Source of the DNA: Perna viridis
Lineage: Eukaryota
DNA: 64,000 nt
NCBI GenBank assembly: GCA_037379345.1
Contig: CM074512.1
Coordinates: 40,548,001 to 40,612,000, forward strand
Direction: 5' to 3'
The notes beneath the pieces were generated by a model. That model did no database searches. It worked only from the letters and a program-made list of their open reading frames with translations, and had not been told where the DNA came from. The translations under genes and the position numbers were made by a program. Below are positions 28,592-40,242 of this stretch, piece after piece (position 1 is the first letter of the stretch; the number at the start of each line of letters is the position of its first letter).

Positions 28592-29641
28592 TTAAGCGTC
28601 TATATCTCTAGTGACCAACTTTAATTTGCAATCTTATCATCAAATACAGTTTCTATAAGGCCTCCTGCAAGAGTTCCAATAAAAAAATGGGATTAAGAAA
28701 TTCATGAATCACTTACTATAAGCTTCTGTCTAATTTTAAGGCAGAGCTGTACTTTGGTAAGAGATAAGGCAGAGTATGATATTGAGTTCTGAAAATAATA
28801 CCAAGACTGATTAAAACTACCATAGAGTTTCTTAATTATAACTGGTAGTAATGAGAAATGTTTTGACGACAAGTGTTTAAAAATCTATAAACAAGTATTC
28901 CAACTGAGAATAGTCAGTTCTGTGACTTTCAACCTGTATTAACATGAGATTCAATACACATAATTTTATGTCAGAGGCAAAGTCTTAAACTATATTAGTA
29001 GACTACATAATTAATACAATTAATAATTGGATGAAGTTCCTGAAAACTAAGGCACCATGATGATTTACCATAAAAAATACTAGCTTTGTCTAACCCTACA
29101 ATACTGCTTTGGTTTTAATTAATTCTTACAGTTAATCTAAGTATGAATGAAACACATTGTATCATAACTCAGTTTCACATTATGATAAGAGACTACCAGT
29201 AAATGATTTTTTTCTTTGTCTTTTTTTTTTGTGTGATATCAAAAGTGAATGAGAGTGAAACCCATCGCATCTGGAGTAAGAACAAATATCACCATACTTA
29301 GAATGAAAATCCATCACTGTTGAAAAGAGAAGAAACTCCATCACTGCTGGAAAGAGACCACAAGACATCACTGCTTGATACATTAGTTCATACCAAGTAA
29401 AAACATTTGTAAGTTTCTTCCGTCATTATCTCCTCACACCTCTCAATTTGAAGATACTATAATGTCAAGTCTGGCGTAACTCTCTTTACTGATATTTTAA
29501 GACACATAAGCACCATCTAAGACCACAAGTCAAATGCTTCATTACAAGTATCAATTATCATTACCATGATAAGAGTGAGTCTTTAAAAAGCTACTGAACA
29601 ATGTCTTTTTTTTCAAATCTTGACAAAATTAAAAGTACTTG

Positions 29642-31534
29642 CATAGTCATTAAGTAATGTCACTGTATAGCACATAGTCATCAAGTAATGTCACTGTATA
29701 ACACATAGTCATCAAGTAATGTCACTGTATAACACAGTCATTCTGTAATGTCACTGTATAACATGTAGTCATTAAGTAATGTCACTGTATACAGTCATTA
29801 AGTAATGTCACTGTATAGCACAGTCATCAAGTAATGTCACTGTATAACACATAGTCATCAAGTAATGTCACTGTATAACACATAGTCATTCTGTAATGTC
29901 ACTGTATAACATGTAGTCATTAAGTAATGTCACTGTATACAGTCATTAAGTAATGTCACTGTATAACACAGTTATAAAGTAATGTCAATGTATAACAGAC
30001 AGTGATAAAGTAATGACACTGTATAACACATAGAGATAAAGTAATGTCACTTTATAACATGTAGTCATCAAGAAATGTCAGTGTCTAACACATAGTCGTT
30101 AAGTAATGTCACTGTATAACACGAAGTCATTAAGTAATGTCACTGTATAACACATAGTCATAAAATAATGTCACTGTATAATACAGTAATAAAGTAATGT
30201 CATTGTATAACACAGTGATGAAGTAATGTCACTGTATAACAGACAGTGATAAAGTAATGTCACTGTATAACACATAGAGATAAAATAGTGTCACTATATA
30301 ACACATAGAGATAAAATAATGTCACTGTATAACACATAGTTATCACGTAATGTCACTGTATAACACAGTGATAAAGTAATATCAGTGTATAACACGTAGT
30401 CATCAAGTAATGTCACTGTATAACACATAGTCATTAAGGAATGTCACTCTATAACACAGTGATGAAGTAATCTCACTGTATAACAGACACTGATAAAGTA
30501 ATGTCACTGTATAACACATAGAGATAAAGTAATGTCACTTTATAACATGTAGTCATCAAGTAATATCACTGTATAACACATATTATCAAGTAATGTCACT
30601 GTAGAATACAGTGATGAAGTAATATCAGTGTATAACACTTAATCATCAAGTAATGTCACTGTATAACACATAGTCATTAAGTAATGTCACTGTATAACAC
30701 AGTGATAAAGTAATCTCGCTGTATAACAGATAGTGATAAAGTAATGTCACTGTATAACAAATAGAGATAAAGTAATGTCACTTTATAACACATAGATATA
30801 AAGTAATGTCACTGTATAATACATAGTCATCAAGTAATGTCACTATATAACAAATAGGCATAAAGTAATGTCACTGTATAACACATAGTTATCAATTAAT
30901 GTCACAGTAGAACACAGTGATAAAGGAATATCTCTGTATAACACATAGTCATCAAGTAATGTCACTGTATAACACAGTCATTAAGTAATGTCACTGTATA
31001 ACACACAGTCATTAAGTTATGTCACTGTATAACAAATAGGCATAAAGTAATGTCACTGTAAAACACATAGTTATCAATTAATGTCACTGTAGAACACAGT
31101 GATAAAGTAATATCTCTGTATAACACATAGTCATTAAGTAATGTCACTGTATAACACATAGTCATTAAGTAATGTCACTGTATAACACACAGTCATTAAG
31201 TAATGTCACAGTATAACACAGTCATTAAGTAATGTCACTGTATAACACATAGTCATAAAGTAATGTCACTGTTTTAGTGTATAACACATAGTCATTAAGT
31301 AATGTGACTGTATAACACTTTGATAAAGTAATGTCACTGTATTGCACATAGTCATTAAGTAATGTCACTGTATAACACATAGTCATAAAGTAATGTCACT
31401 GTATAACACAGTGATAAAGTAATGCCACTGTATATCACGTAGTCATTAAAGTAATGTCACTGTATATTACGTAGTCATTAAAGAAATGTCACTGTATAAC
31501 ATGTAGTCATTAAGTAATGTCACTGTATAACACA
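29642..31534. repeat. Minisatellite, ~29-31 bp unit (gtcattaagtaatgtcactgtataacacata), about 60 copies
   Basis: Directly visible head-to-tail repeats; the array overlaps the stop codon of the EF-hand/CaaX gene. Confidence 0.97.
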
Positions 31535-31590
31535 AGTCTTCGACACTTCTTTGTTTTGTTTAAGTCCTGTCTTGAATAACTTGGATTTTC
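31520..31590 (-). CDS. EF-hand/CaaX gene terminal coding exon, ends in CaaX box CVIQ
   Basis: ttttgtag acceptor, phase 1; (G)KSKLFKTGLKQNKEVSKTCVIQ then TGA at 31522-31520. Confidence 0.88.
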
Positions 31591-31931
31591 CTACAAAAGA
31601 AATAAATATATCATTTCATTTGTCTATGGCCTTATAACAAAGTGTTGACATCACATTATACAGTCAAAATTATCTACCTTAGCAATACTGATTAAGCAAT
31701 ATTCGTTATTCTGTAACTTTTTTTTCATAAAGCAAAAAAATAGCTCAAAAGTAAAAATATGTTGTGAAAAGATGAAATTCCAAATCATTTTCTTTATATT
31801 TATAATTTTAATATATTTTTACAAAAATGTTAGAAACAGATTTTGATAAAAATGTTAAAATCAGGCATATTGTTTGATTTTGAATAAATACTGTCAAGAA
31901 CAAGTTAAATTGTATCCTTAAGCAAACATAC

Positions 31932-32022
31932 CTGACTTTTTGGTGATTTTATCTAAAACCAGTAGGTATTCAAAGAAATCTAATGTGTGATTATTATCTC
32001 GATCTACTTCATCTATAGCTTC
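31932..32022 (-). CDS. EF-hand/CaaX gene exon, EF-hand 2
   Basis: 91 nt, phase 0 to 1; EAIDEVDRDNNHTLDFFEYLLVLDKITKKS with loop DRDNNHTLDFFE. Confidence 0.9.
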
Positions 32023-32656
32023 CTGTATAAATATAAATAGAAGAATAAATATAGCTATACATTTTTTTTAATTTAACTTCACTACTTCTCCTGATTTTTC
32101 TGATTTAATCTTACAGCTACAATGCACACATTCAGCACTGACCATTTCATCAGCAATAAGGGGAGGAGGGCATTTATTCTTTTTGAAAAAAGAAATTAAT
32201 GTTCCAAAGTTTTGAAAAAAAAATTATTCATCCATTGAAAAAAAAATAATGATTCTTTATTTTCCAATTACTTAACAAGGTAGATTTTGCAAATAAAGAT
32301 ATTGATTTCAGTTGTTGCTTAAAAATAATAAATATTTTGCCCTGGCATGAAAAAAAATTCTTTCCCCAACACCAAATCCAAGCCACCACCTCCTTCAGAA
32401 TAAAAATGGTTAGTGCCTTAGTAATTTATCCTTAATTTTGTTTGATACTACAAGTAGTGCAAAAATGTTTACTACAAACTGAAAAAAAAAACACAAGTTA
32501 ATTTTTTTCAGCCATCATGCTTTCACATTATTACTTAACAGCTTATTTGAAATGGATTAACATGTAATACATTTTGTACTATTTTTAAACATTAATAAAA
32601 ATGTAAACTGAGTTGCAAGTCCTATATCAACAAATAGGCTTTAGAAAATGGTATAC

Positions 32657-32710
32657 CTCAATTTGATCAGGTGTAAACTGACAGCCAATAGAAGTAAGAA
32701 TCTTTGATAC
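32657..32710 (-). CDS. EF-hand/CaaX gene exon (inter-EF helix/linker)
   Basis: 54 nt, phase 0/0; VSKILTSIGCQFTPDQIE, resembling the calmodulin inter-EF linker. Confidence 0.88.
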
Positions 32711-32762
32711 CTGTATGAAATTGAATCATATTATAAAACAGCACAGAGATATATACATTTAA

Positions 32763-32933
32763 GGAGGTAGACATAGGTAAAGGAAACAACTCTTACAAAT
32801 CATTGGAATGTTTGTATTCAGCATTCTACATCAATCTCATGGATGAAAGTTTGATAAATATTGGTGAAATTGAATATGATACAAGTATATCACAGATTTC
32901 AAGAGTTATGTCCCTTACCCTAGGTCTACCTCC
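32763..32933. mobile_element. TTAA-flanked MITE (Kolobok-like)
   Basis: TTAA|GGAGGTAGAC.TAGG...CCTAGGTCTACCTCC|TTAA; purine termini with TTAA duplication. Confidence 0.75.
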
Positions 32934-33767
32934 TTAACTAAAAGTGAGACATGTAATTTGAATAATTTAAATAATTAATGATTTAAATAACTTTTACTGA
33001 TCAATTTTTGGGGGTAATGGAAAAAGACACTCAAGTGCATACTAAAACCTTGTTTTGTTTTGTTTTTTGTTCTTTTTTTTCATTTCTATGTCAAATATTT
33101 AATACATCACAATTAAATCAGAGTTCCTGGTAAGTCTAATCAAATTTAATTACTTGTTTTTCAGACCCTCCCTTTTTTCTGCAGAGGATGCCTCATTAGC
33201 CACATTTATTGCCCTATCAATGTAATAAAACCAAATAAGCACTTTCCTCATCATTTTTTCTGTATAGGAACAATGTATAAAGCTCCCATTTTTTAAAGGT
33301 CAATAAAAGAAATGACTTCCTATCTCATCAGTTTCAAGAAAAATGGTCAGAGAACCAAGAAATAAACTTGGTATAGCCTAACCTTCCTGTCTTTAAAATA
33401 TGTTCAATAGGTGATTAGTTAAAGTGTGGAACTAATATTTCTCTGGTTTACCATGAAGTGGGTAATTTTTGCAGCTGGCAAATTTCACAATTTGCTCTAT
33501 GAATATGGGTATCAAATGTTAACCGACTTCATTTTTTGTGTCTTCAGATTTAATAGTCGAAATTATAATAAAATATCTTGACTTAAATTTTGCAAACTTA
33601 TTTTTTGTGATTTCCCAAACCTCATGAATACAACGAAATTTAGAATCCCGCAAAGATTTCTTGCTATATGGTATCTTTTATTTATACTTATTGTTCCTCA
33701 TTTTAAGAAACAAGTAGGTAAGTGTGATTGGTGCATCAATAATTAACTGAACCATATATGGACATAC

Positions 33768-33836
33768 TTCACTTAAATCTAATGAACAATCGTGGTCGGT
33801 ATCATATTCTTTAAACTTTTTCCAATGATCTAAAAC
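33768..33836 (-). CDS. EF-hand/CaaX gene exon, EF-hand 1
   Basis: 69 nt, phase 0/0; VLDHWKKFKEYDTDHDCSLDLSE with a canonical 12-residue loop, DTDHDCSLDLSE. Confidence 0.9.
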
Positions 33837-34240
33837 CTGCGAGGAAAAATAAAGCATTAATTTTACATGTTTCATGATGTAAACTTAATTATTAGCCTTA
33901 ATATACCTCAGTCATTTACCTGGAATACAGTTTTACAAAATTTATCATTTATGAATTATCACCAACTGAAGAGAATTTTTTGGTGTTACTTCATTAATAT
34001 AGAACTGTTATGAAGTTGCTAGAAGCCATACACATCAAATGAAAAATCTTGTTTTTCTTGGCTTTAAACATTTTTCTTCAATCCTTTGTTACAAACAATA
34101 CACTAACTTGACAAAAAATTGATATAATCAAAATTTGGTCAAACTGGTGAAAATGCTTAGTGCAACATTTCATTTTCACAAGGTTTTGTTTCTTGCACCA
34201 TTTATGTCTATATGTTGCACTTAAACATTTAAAAACTTAC

Positions 34241-34329
34241 AAAGTTTTGAGCCATGTGTGGGAAGTGCATTAGATATGCCATACTGTTAATTCTTCCTGT
34301 ATGTGGATCTACAATAACCGGATTCTCAG
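34241..34329 (-). CDS. EF-hand/CaaX gene exon
   Basis: ttttcag / gtaagt; 89 nt, phase 1 to 0; ENPVIVDPHTGRINSMAYLMHFPHMAQNF. Confidence 0.85.
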
Positions 34330-34854
34330 CTGAAAAACACACAAATAAATAACTAAACATACAACTCAATTTCATACCAACAAGCCAATTGCTGACTTCA
34401 CAAAAAACTAATGTGAATTTTTTTTTAATTTACAAAAACTTGGGTGATTATTTTCAAATTTTATTTTTATTTCTTATTATGAAAAGGTAGCAGAATATTT
34501 GCACTACTATTTTACTTTTATATTAGGGAAACTGGTATGTTTGTATTACTTTTTTACACCAGTATGTTTGCACAACTTCCGATTGATACATATATACATG
34601 TATAATAAATCAAAATGCCCAGTAGATAGTAATACAATGTCAGGTAAGTAGTTAGGTCACTGACCCAATGACATTTTCCAATTTTTTTGTTTGTACTTTG
34701 AATCAATATCTTTTAGGCCATAAAAGAAATGTAATTAAAAATTTAATATACCAGTTATAATAAAAAGTTTGTCCAGCCATAAAGCAGTTAAACCCAGCAC
34801 TTTACTTTGAAATTCTTGTACCAAAGCTGGAACATAGTGGCTATTTGTTATCCA

Positions 34855-35035
34855 TGGCAGAGGACGCTTACCCTGCCAGTGCACCTGGTCCATGCATCAG
34901 TTTTTAGTGGAGTCTGAGTTGCTCATTTACTTTTGTTACTTTCTATGTATTATTTTGTGTTCTTTGTTGTGTTTGTCTGTTTTCCATGTCTGGTCCTTAT
35001 CCCTGGATTACATTCTTTTGATTTCCTCGATTACT
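34855..35035 (+). repeat. Common dispersed repeat (fragments also at 16061-16140, 35655-35720 and, reversed, 50740-50870)
   Basis: gtctgttttccatgtctggtc.tt.tccctggattacattcttttga is shared with 16063-16110; tgccagtgcacctggtccat is shared with 35658-35677. Confidence 0.6.
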
Positions 35036-35317
35036 TTTTCCAGTTTATCCATGATTGGCTAGGTCATGTAAATTTCCCTCTGGTTGTGATTTCGGTAATT
35101 TTGTTAATAATTTTGTATAAACATTTAAACAGTCCTTTAGCTCTTTAAGCAAATTAGAATGTAAAGAGCACCACAGATTTTAATGAGCAGTTATCATGCC
35201 ATGTAAAAATTTTCACATCCTGGATAGAAACTATTGAGATTGCAGAGTGATACACAGTAAATCTAGAAGCTGTTTCTAGGTCAGCAGAGGAGATTATGAA
35301 GGTACTACAACACTTAC

Positions 35318-35475
35318 AGACAGAAGCTAACTTTTTAGAGGGTATACTAGTAGTTGTGGTTTGTGTTGTCGTAGTATCTGTTACTGCTGATACCTCCCCA
35401 TTACTGTGTATTGTCTCTAACTTGCCTAATGATGCACCAATAGTAGGCAAAGGTTGGGAAGTAAAATCTGATGAT
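35318..35475 (-). CDS. EF-hand/CaaX gene exon (S/T-rich linker)
   Basis: 158 nt, phase 2 to 1; SSDFTSQPLPTIG...TDTTTTQTTTTSIPSKKLASV; gtaagt donor. Confidence 0.8.
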
Positions 35476-35912
35476 CTAAAAAAGCAACATAAAAACTCTA
35501 ACATGTTATACAACTTTTATAAAAATAAAGAATTAGTAGCCTTTGTATCATTGTGTCAATAAGACCATGACAATTAGGTATAGTCTTTCATTCCATACAG
35601 GTATTTTTCTAGTTTTTGTCATAGTTATTTTTTTAAATCTCTTCATTAAGCTAATGTTGCCAGTGCATCTGGTCCATACTTCCATTTTTTTTTTAATTCC
35701 TGGTTGCTCATTCATGCTTTAGTTTCTGTGTATTCTTTTTTTATTTGTGTTAAAATAAGTTTTTTTTCTGATTTCTTGGTCTAGTCTTTGACCAAGAAAT
35801 TGATTACACCATTTCCTAATCTATTCATGGTCTCCTTGCTTTAACATAATATTCTCCATAACAAAATATACTAACAAGAGAGTGCTTTGCAATATTGAGT
35901 GATGTAACTTAC

Positions 35913-35971
35913 TTTAAGGAGGGTAATGAGGCTTGTTTTGACAATCTTTTCAGTTTTCTTACTTTTAGTTC
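35913..35971 (-). CDS. EF-hand/CaaX gene exon
   Basis: ttttcag / gtaagt; 59 nt, phase 0 to 2; ELKVRKLKRLSKQASLPSL. Confidence 0.85.
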
Positions 35972-36433
35972 CTGAAAAAGAGAAACAAAAGAACAAGTAG
36001 AAAGTATGTTTTAAATTTAGAAAAAACAATCTGTTGATAGGAAAAAATGTGGAAACAATATTCAAAACTAAAAGGTCAGCTACCAGTGATGACAGCAGAC
36101 CTTCACTTTCAATCTCATCAAAACTGTTTACCATTAGTTGGATTATCTCCCCTTTCAGTATTCTGGCATTAATTATCCTGATTCTTCATAACTACATATA
36201 AACCTTAACATTCCTTTAAGATTTCATGTAAGTCAATATGCAGTTTAGTAGGGTTGTATGGCCAGACAAACAGATAAGGGGACTCTCTGTTTGGGGTATA
36301 ATAAAATAACTGAAAATATTTGAGAAGTACATTTGTATAATCACATTTTCATCAAATATAGCAAGAAGGCTTAGAAAATACTTTAAAAAGAGCTACAACT
36401 GAAACTTCACTATATTATTGTATCAGTACAAAC

Positions 36434-36593
36434 CTTATCAAAGTATGTAAAATGAGGAGGAAGCATCATTCTGACAGAGGCAAGTTTCCCTTCAGAAGCA
36501 CCATCAAATATTTTTTCCACATTCTTAGTCAGTTTCACAAAATCTGGGTCTCGAATCTGTTCCTCTTCCTTGTAAAACTTTTCACTTAATATA
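36434..36593 (-). CDS. EF-hand/CaaX gene exon
   Basis: 160 nt, phase 2 to 0; ILSEKFYKEEEQIRDPDFVKLTKNVEKIFDGASEGKLASVRMMLPPHFTYFDK. Confidence 0.85.
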
Positions 36594-36940
36594 CTAAAAC
36601 CCAAAAATATTACAGTAACTTTTTGTGTATAAATGTCCCACTACTATTTTTCTTTGTCATAATTTACACTTAAGTTACATTTAAAAAAATAATATTATTT
36701 TTGAATGACGGAAAGAAATACAGATACACTGATTGGACTAAATTCTAGCCTGAGATAACTTTACTTTTATTAAAAGGTCATAAATCCACACAGCAAAGTA
36801 GATTGAAGTAAGTTATTCAGAACTTGAACCTCTTATAACGCTGCTCTGTTATAAGTCTATAAAAGGTCAAATATATCTTTGTTTATTATGTTCATGTGTT
36901 CCAAGTTTTATAGTGATGAGTCACCAACTTCATAAAAAAA

Positions 36941-37280
36941 GATTGATTGATTGATAGAAAGACTGACTGGAGTTTAACATCCTATGGCAAATATTTCATG
37001 CATTTCAGGATCAGAAAATTTCATTGATCCAACAGACCTTGCCTTGTACTAGTCCCACAAATTGAGTTTGTTATTGTTAATGTACTGGTAGTAACTCTCT
37101 GAATCAACAACCTACAACACAGGTACCACCCCACTCAGACATATTATTATGACACCAAGGCCAACCAATTGTAATTTTATCTCCTATATGCCACATGCTT
37201 GGCAGAGAAATAGTAAATAACAATTGTTATGTCTCAGAAGCAGATCAAATCCACTATTTCACTTACTTGAGATGAGCACA
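36941..37280 (-). mobile_element. Degenerate SINE (Nin-domain-like) with (CAAT)n tail; tail fragment also at 18903-18970
   Basis: (gatt)n...caaatatttcatgcat.tcagga tail shared with 18903-18970; decayed core atgc...tgcttggcagagaaa.agtaaata resembles bivalve Nin-SINEs (recognised from memory). Confidence 0.45.
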
Positions 37281-37378
37281 TTATCACAAGAAAAAAGCCT
37301 AAATTTTAAACCTCCATGTAAGTAGTAACAAATGTATACACAGATTGGAATTTTAAGTTTAAAATTGCAATTTCTTAC

Positions 37379-37514
37379 TTAATATCTGTTCTTATTCCCC
37401 CAAGGATACCCATGACAACTTTTTGTTCATTGTAGAACTGATCCTCCAGATGTGCTATATCTTTATCCTTTATATAGATATCCCGTTTTAATCTCTGCAC
37501 TTCATTGCTTTCTC
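37379..37514 (-). CDS. EF-hand/CaaX gene exon
   Basis: 136 nt, phase 1 to 2; ESNEVQRLKRDIYIKDKDIAHLEDQFYNEQKVVMGILGGIRTDI. Confidence 0.85.
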
Positions 37515-37820
37515 CTAGAATTATAATCACAGAAAAAAAGGCTGTTATAATAACATCTATTTAACAGAGAATACTTGAAGTTGTTTAATTTTTTTGGATC
37601 TGAATTTTGCTTCTCGAAGTTTCTTCCAAGTTTATTGTTATTAAAGTTCAAAAATACTTGTTTAACTTAATCATTATTTTTACCAATCATCAGAAAAAAA
37701 ATTCCCAACTGTACTGTAAAAAATAATGAAATAACAAAAAAAAGAACTTCCACAAATATTTTTATTTTAAAATTATATTTGCAACAAGATAGTGTTTCTA
37801 AAGACTTTTCCAATCTTTAC

Positions 37821-37883
37821 CATCTTTTGGTAAGTCAAATTCATCCTTCAGTACATCAAGGATTGATGATACTTTAAAACAAT
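37821..37883 (-). CDS. EF-hand/CaaX gene exon
   Basis: 63 nt, phase 1/1; CFKVSSILDVLKDEFDLPKD. Confidence 0.7.
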
Positions 37884-39029
37884 CTATTACCATAGAAACA
37901 AGTAAGAATGTTTTAAAAGGAGTGTAGAAATTTGTAGAACTAATTTGACCAGCTTAAATACCATATCCAATATAATTGTCGTCGTATTGATCAGTTTTTT
38001 CTTGATTTGGGGTAAAATAGCATAAATAATCACAGTAAAACCATGACAAAATACATGTACAACTTATATAATGGATTTAATATTTGGTGAAATACCACAA
38101 AAAAAAAAGAACAGGTGTTTAAATGCATAAGCTTGACCTTGGGAATAAAAATGGTTATTCCAAAGATAAATACACTCAAAGCTTAAATATTTAAAGGCTG
38201 TTTTATATTTTGCACATGTATAAAACATAACTTCATCTTTTTGTTTATACCAATTACAAGGTAAGGTATCAAAGACAACTTTCATTAAGACACTGATATT
38301 AGCAACCTGATATATGATGCTTCTTCTTTTGGGTCAATACATGTAATTCATAAATAAACTTTAAAATTGTAAAATGTTGTAAAATTATTGCAACAGCCAA
38401 TGGGTTGGAATTAGGAAATAACCCTTACACGAGGACGGTAAGTTTTATTTTAAAAAAACTTTTGAAACATAATAAAAAAACTGAAGTACATTGTGTTAGT
38501 GTTTTAGAGAGTGTATTCATATGAATATATTAATTAAAAAATATTATGCATTTCTATAAGCAGTTTTGCTTTGCTTCTGAAATGAAGTACCAGTATTATA
38601 TATTGAAGTTAACATAAATTAAAAATGAATAAACTAATTTGATTTATATGCAGTTAACTAAATGACTTTTCAGCTACAAAAGAAATAATCTATAAGGAAA
38701 AAGTAAGAATAAAAAGGTTTACTACATTACTACATCTACATCTGTCGAAAATCAAGCAAAGAGAGTAGCATCAAGTCAAAATCTAGGATCAACACACACC
38801 AATATTTTATTTATAAATTATCCTATACACCATTGATTTGACTGCCAAAAACTAGACAAAATTTCTTAGCTGCAAGTTCAATTTATTTTTAGATTTATAC
38901 ATTTATGACTATAAAAGAAAAATATAGTAACACATAAATCCATAGTTGATAAGAACTTGTCCAGGATGTTGACTTTAATAGATCCATAATTGTATTGCAG
39001 CAAGAATATTCTACACAATTTGTTTTTAC

Positions 39030-39053
39030 CTTCTTCTCCATCAACACAGTCCT
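39030..39053 (-). CDS. EF-hand/CaaX gene 24-nt microexon
   Basis: ttatag / gtaaaa; symmetric phase 1/1; (E)DCVDGEE. Confidence 0.55.
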
Positions 39054-39495
39054 CTATAAAGTTTAAAATGCTTTTGTTGTAATATTGACAATTTCATCTT
39101 TTAACATATGCATGTTAGAACAAATATAAAACAGTTTGAAATCAATTGTGCACTTTTTGACTGTGAAAATCAAAATTTAAATAAAGCCTCAAAACCACTT
39201 GTAATGTCTTTACAATAACTCTCATTACTGACATATATTTTGATTGAGCCAAAATAAAGTAATTGTGTCATTCCAGTTCCCCAACCATACTTTTGTTTCC
39301 AACACCAACCCTTTACATTTTACTGACAATTGAAAAAAATAAATCTGGAAACAATGAAAATATAATAAAATGATTTTGTAAAATAAAATGTTTTTCCTAC
39401 CTTCCTTTCCTAATTTTTTTAGGTGAAAAAGGAAACCTGCAATTAATTCATTTCAGCCTTAAGCTTTTGACCTTTTCTCAATACTAGTCACCTAC

Positions 39496-39553
39496 CTCCA
39501 ATGCCAAGTCTTTCTTGTTTCAACTTTAACATTTTATTCTGGTCATCAATGCA
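39496..39553 (-). CDS. EF-hand/CaaX gene exon
   Basis: tttcag / gtaggt; 58 nt, phase 0 to 1; CIDDQNKMLKLKQERLGIG. Confidence 0.8.
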
Positions 39554-40072
39554 CTGAAATTAGACAAACCAAAAATATGTATGACTCCCTACCGCAGAAC
39601 AATAGTATAAGCTGGAAAAAAACCATTTACATGAATTTCATATATGAATCAAAAGCATTTAAATTCTGTTCCAAAGTTCATTAGAAATGTGTATAAATCC
39701 AACCATTATAAAATGTGTGAATACATCTTTTCCATTAAATTCATTATAATTGAAATTTGCATGAAAATCTCAATTAACTTATATAAACTTAAAATGTAAT
39801 GGCATTTTCCTTCACTTGTGCATAGTTTAAATTGAACATTCCATTCTAGAACATCAAGCTTTTGTCTAACTAAATCTATTCAGATTTTCACTTTTCACCT
39901 TCTCATTGATACATGGTCTACTGTAAAAACATATATGATTTCACAAATAAAAAATAAAATATAAAATGGCCACTGAAATCATGAAGAATGAATCCTAAAA
40001 TCCAGGTAAACAGGTAACCACAAATAAAATATTACCTTCACCATATAGACTTGATATATCATATTTACTTAC

Positions 40073-40142
40073 AGACAGTCTTCTAGATGCTCTCTGTTTA
40101 CTGGCCTGTAATTCCATGATCTGTTCTTCCAATTCTTCTATT
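40073..40142 (-). CDS. EF-hand/CaaX gene exon (coiled coil)
   Basis: 70 nt, phase 2 to 0; IEELEEQIMELQASKQRASRRLS; gtaagt donor. Confidence 0.85.
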
Positions 40143-40242
40143 CTAAATCACATCAGAAATTTTACTCATATTTTTGTAGCCTAAATGACAAAATCTCTTA
40201 CTAAAATTACTATGCTGTTTACTATGCATTTTCAAAAGGAAA

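Noticed and set aside
29255-29380. Three to four degenerate ~27-bp CATCACTG repeats / ORF 29180-29383
   Set aside because: Short decayed tandem repeat with no splice signals or recognisable protein motif.
31478-31522. Stop-codon readthrough (TGA-C context) reaching a downstream CaaX copy
   Set aside because: The readthrough frame gives HYLMTTCYTVTFL* and stops without a CaaX; there is no supporting evidence.
29642-31534. CRISPR-like appearance of the ~31-bp repeat array (also the 58-bp array)
   Set aside because: Units are head-to-tail with no unique spacers, there are no cas genes, and the context is eukaryotic.
39816-39920. Possible extra exon of the EF-hand gene (cag...gtgaag)
   Set aside because: Stops occur in all three frames, and the flanking exons already join in phase.
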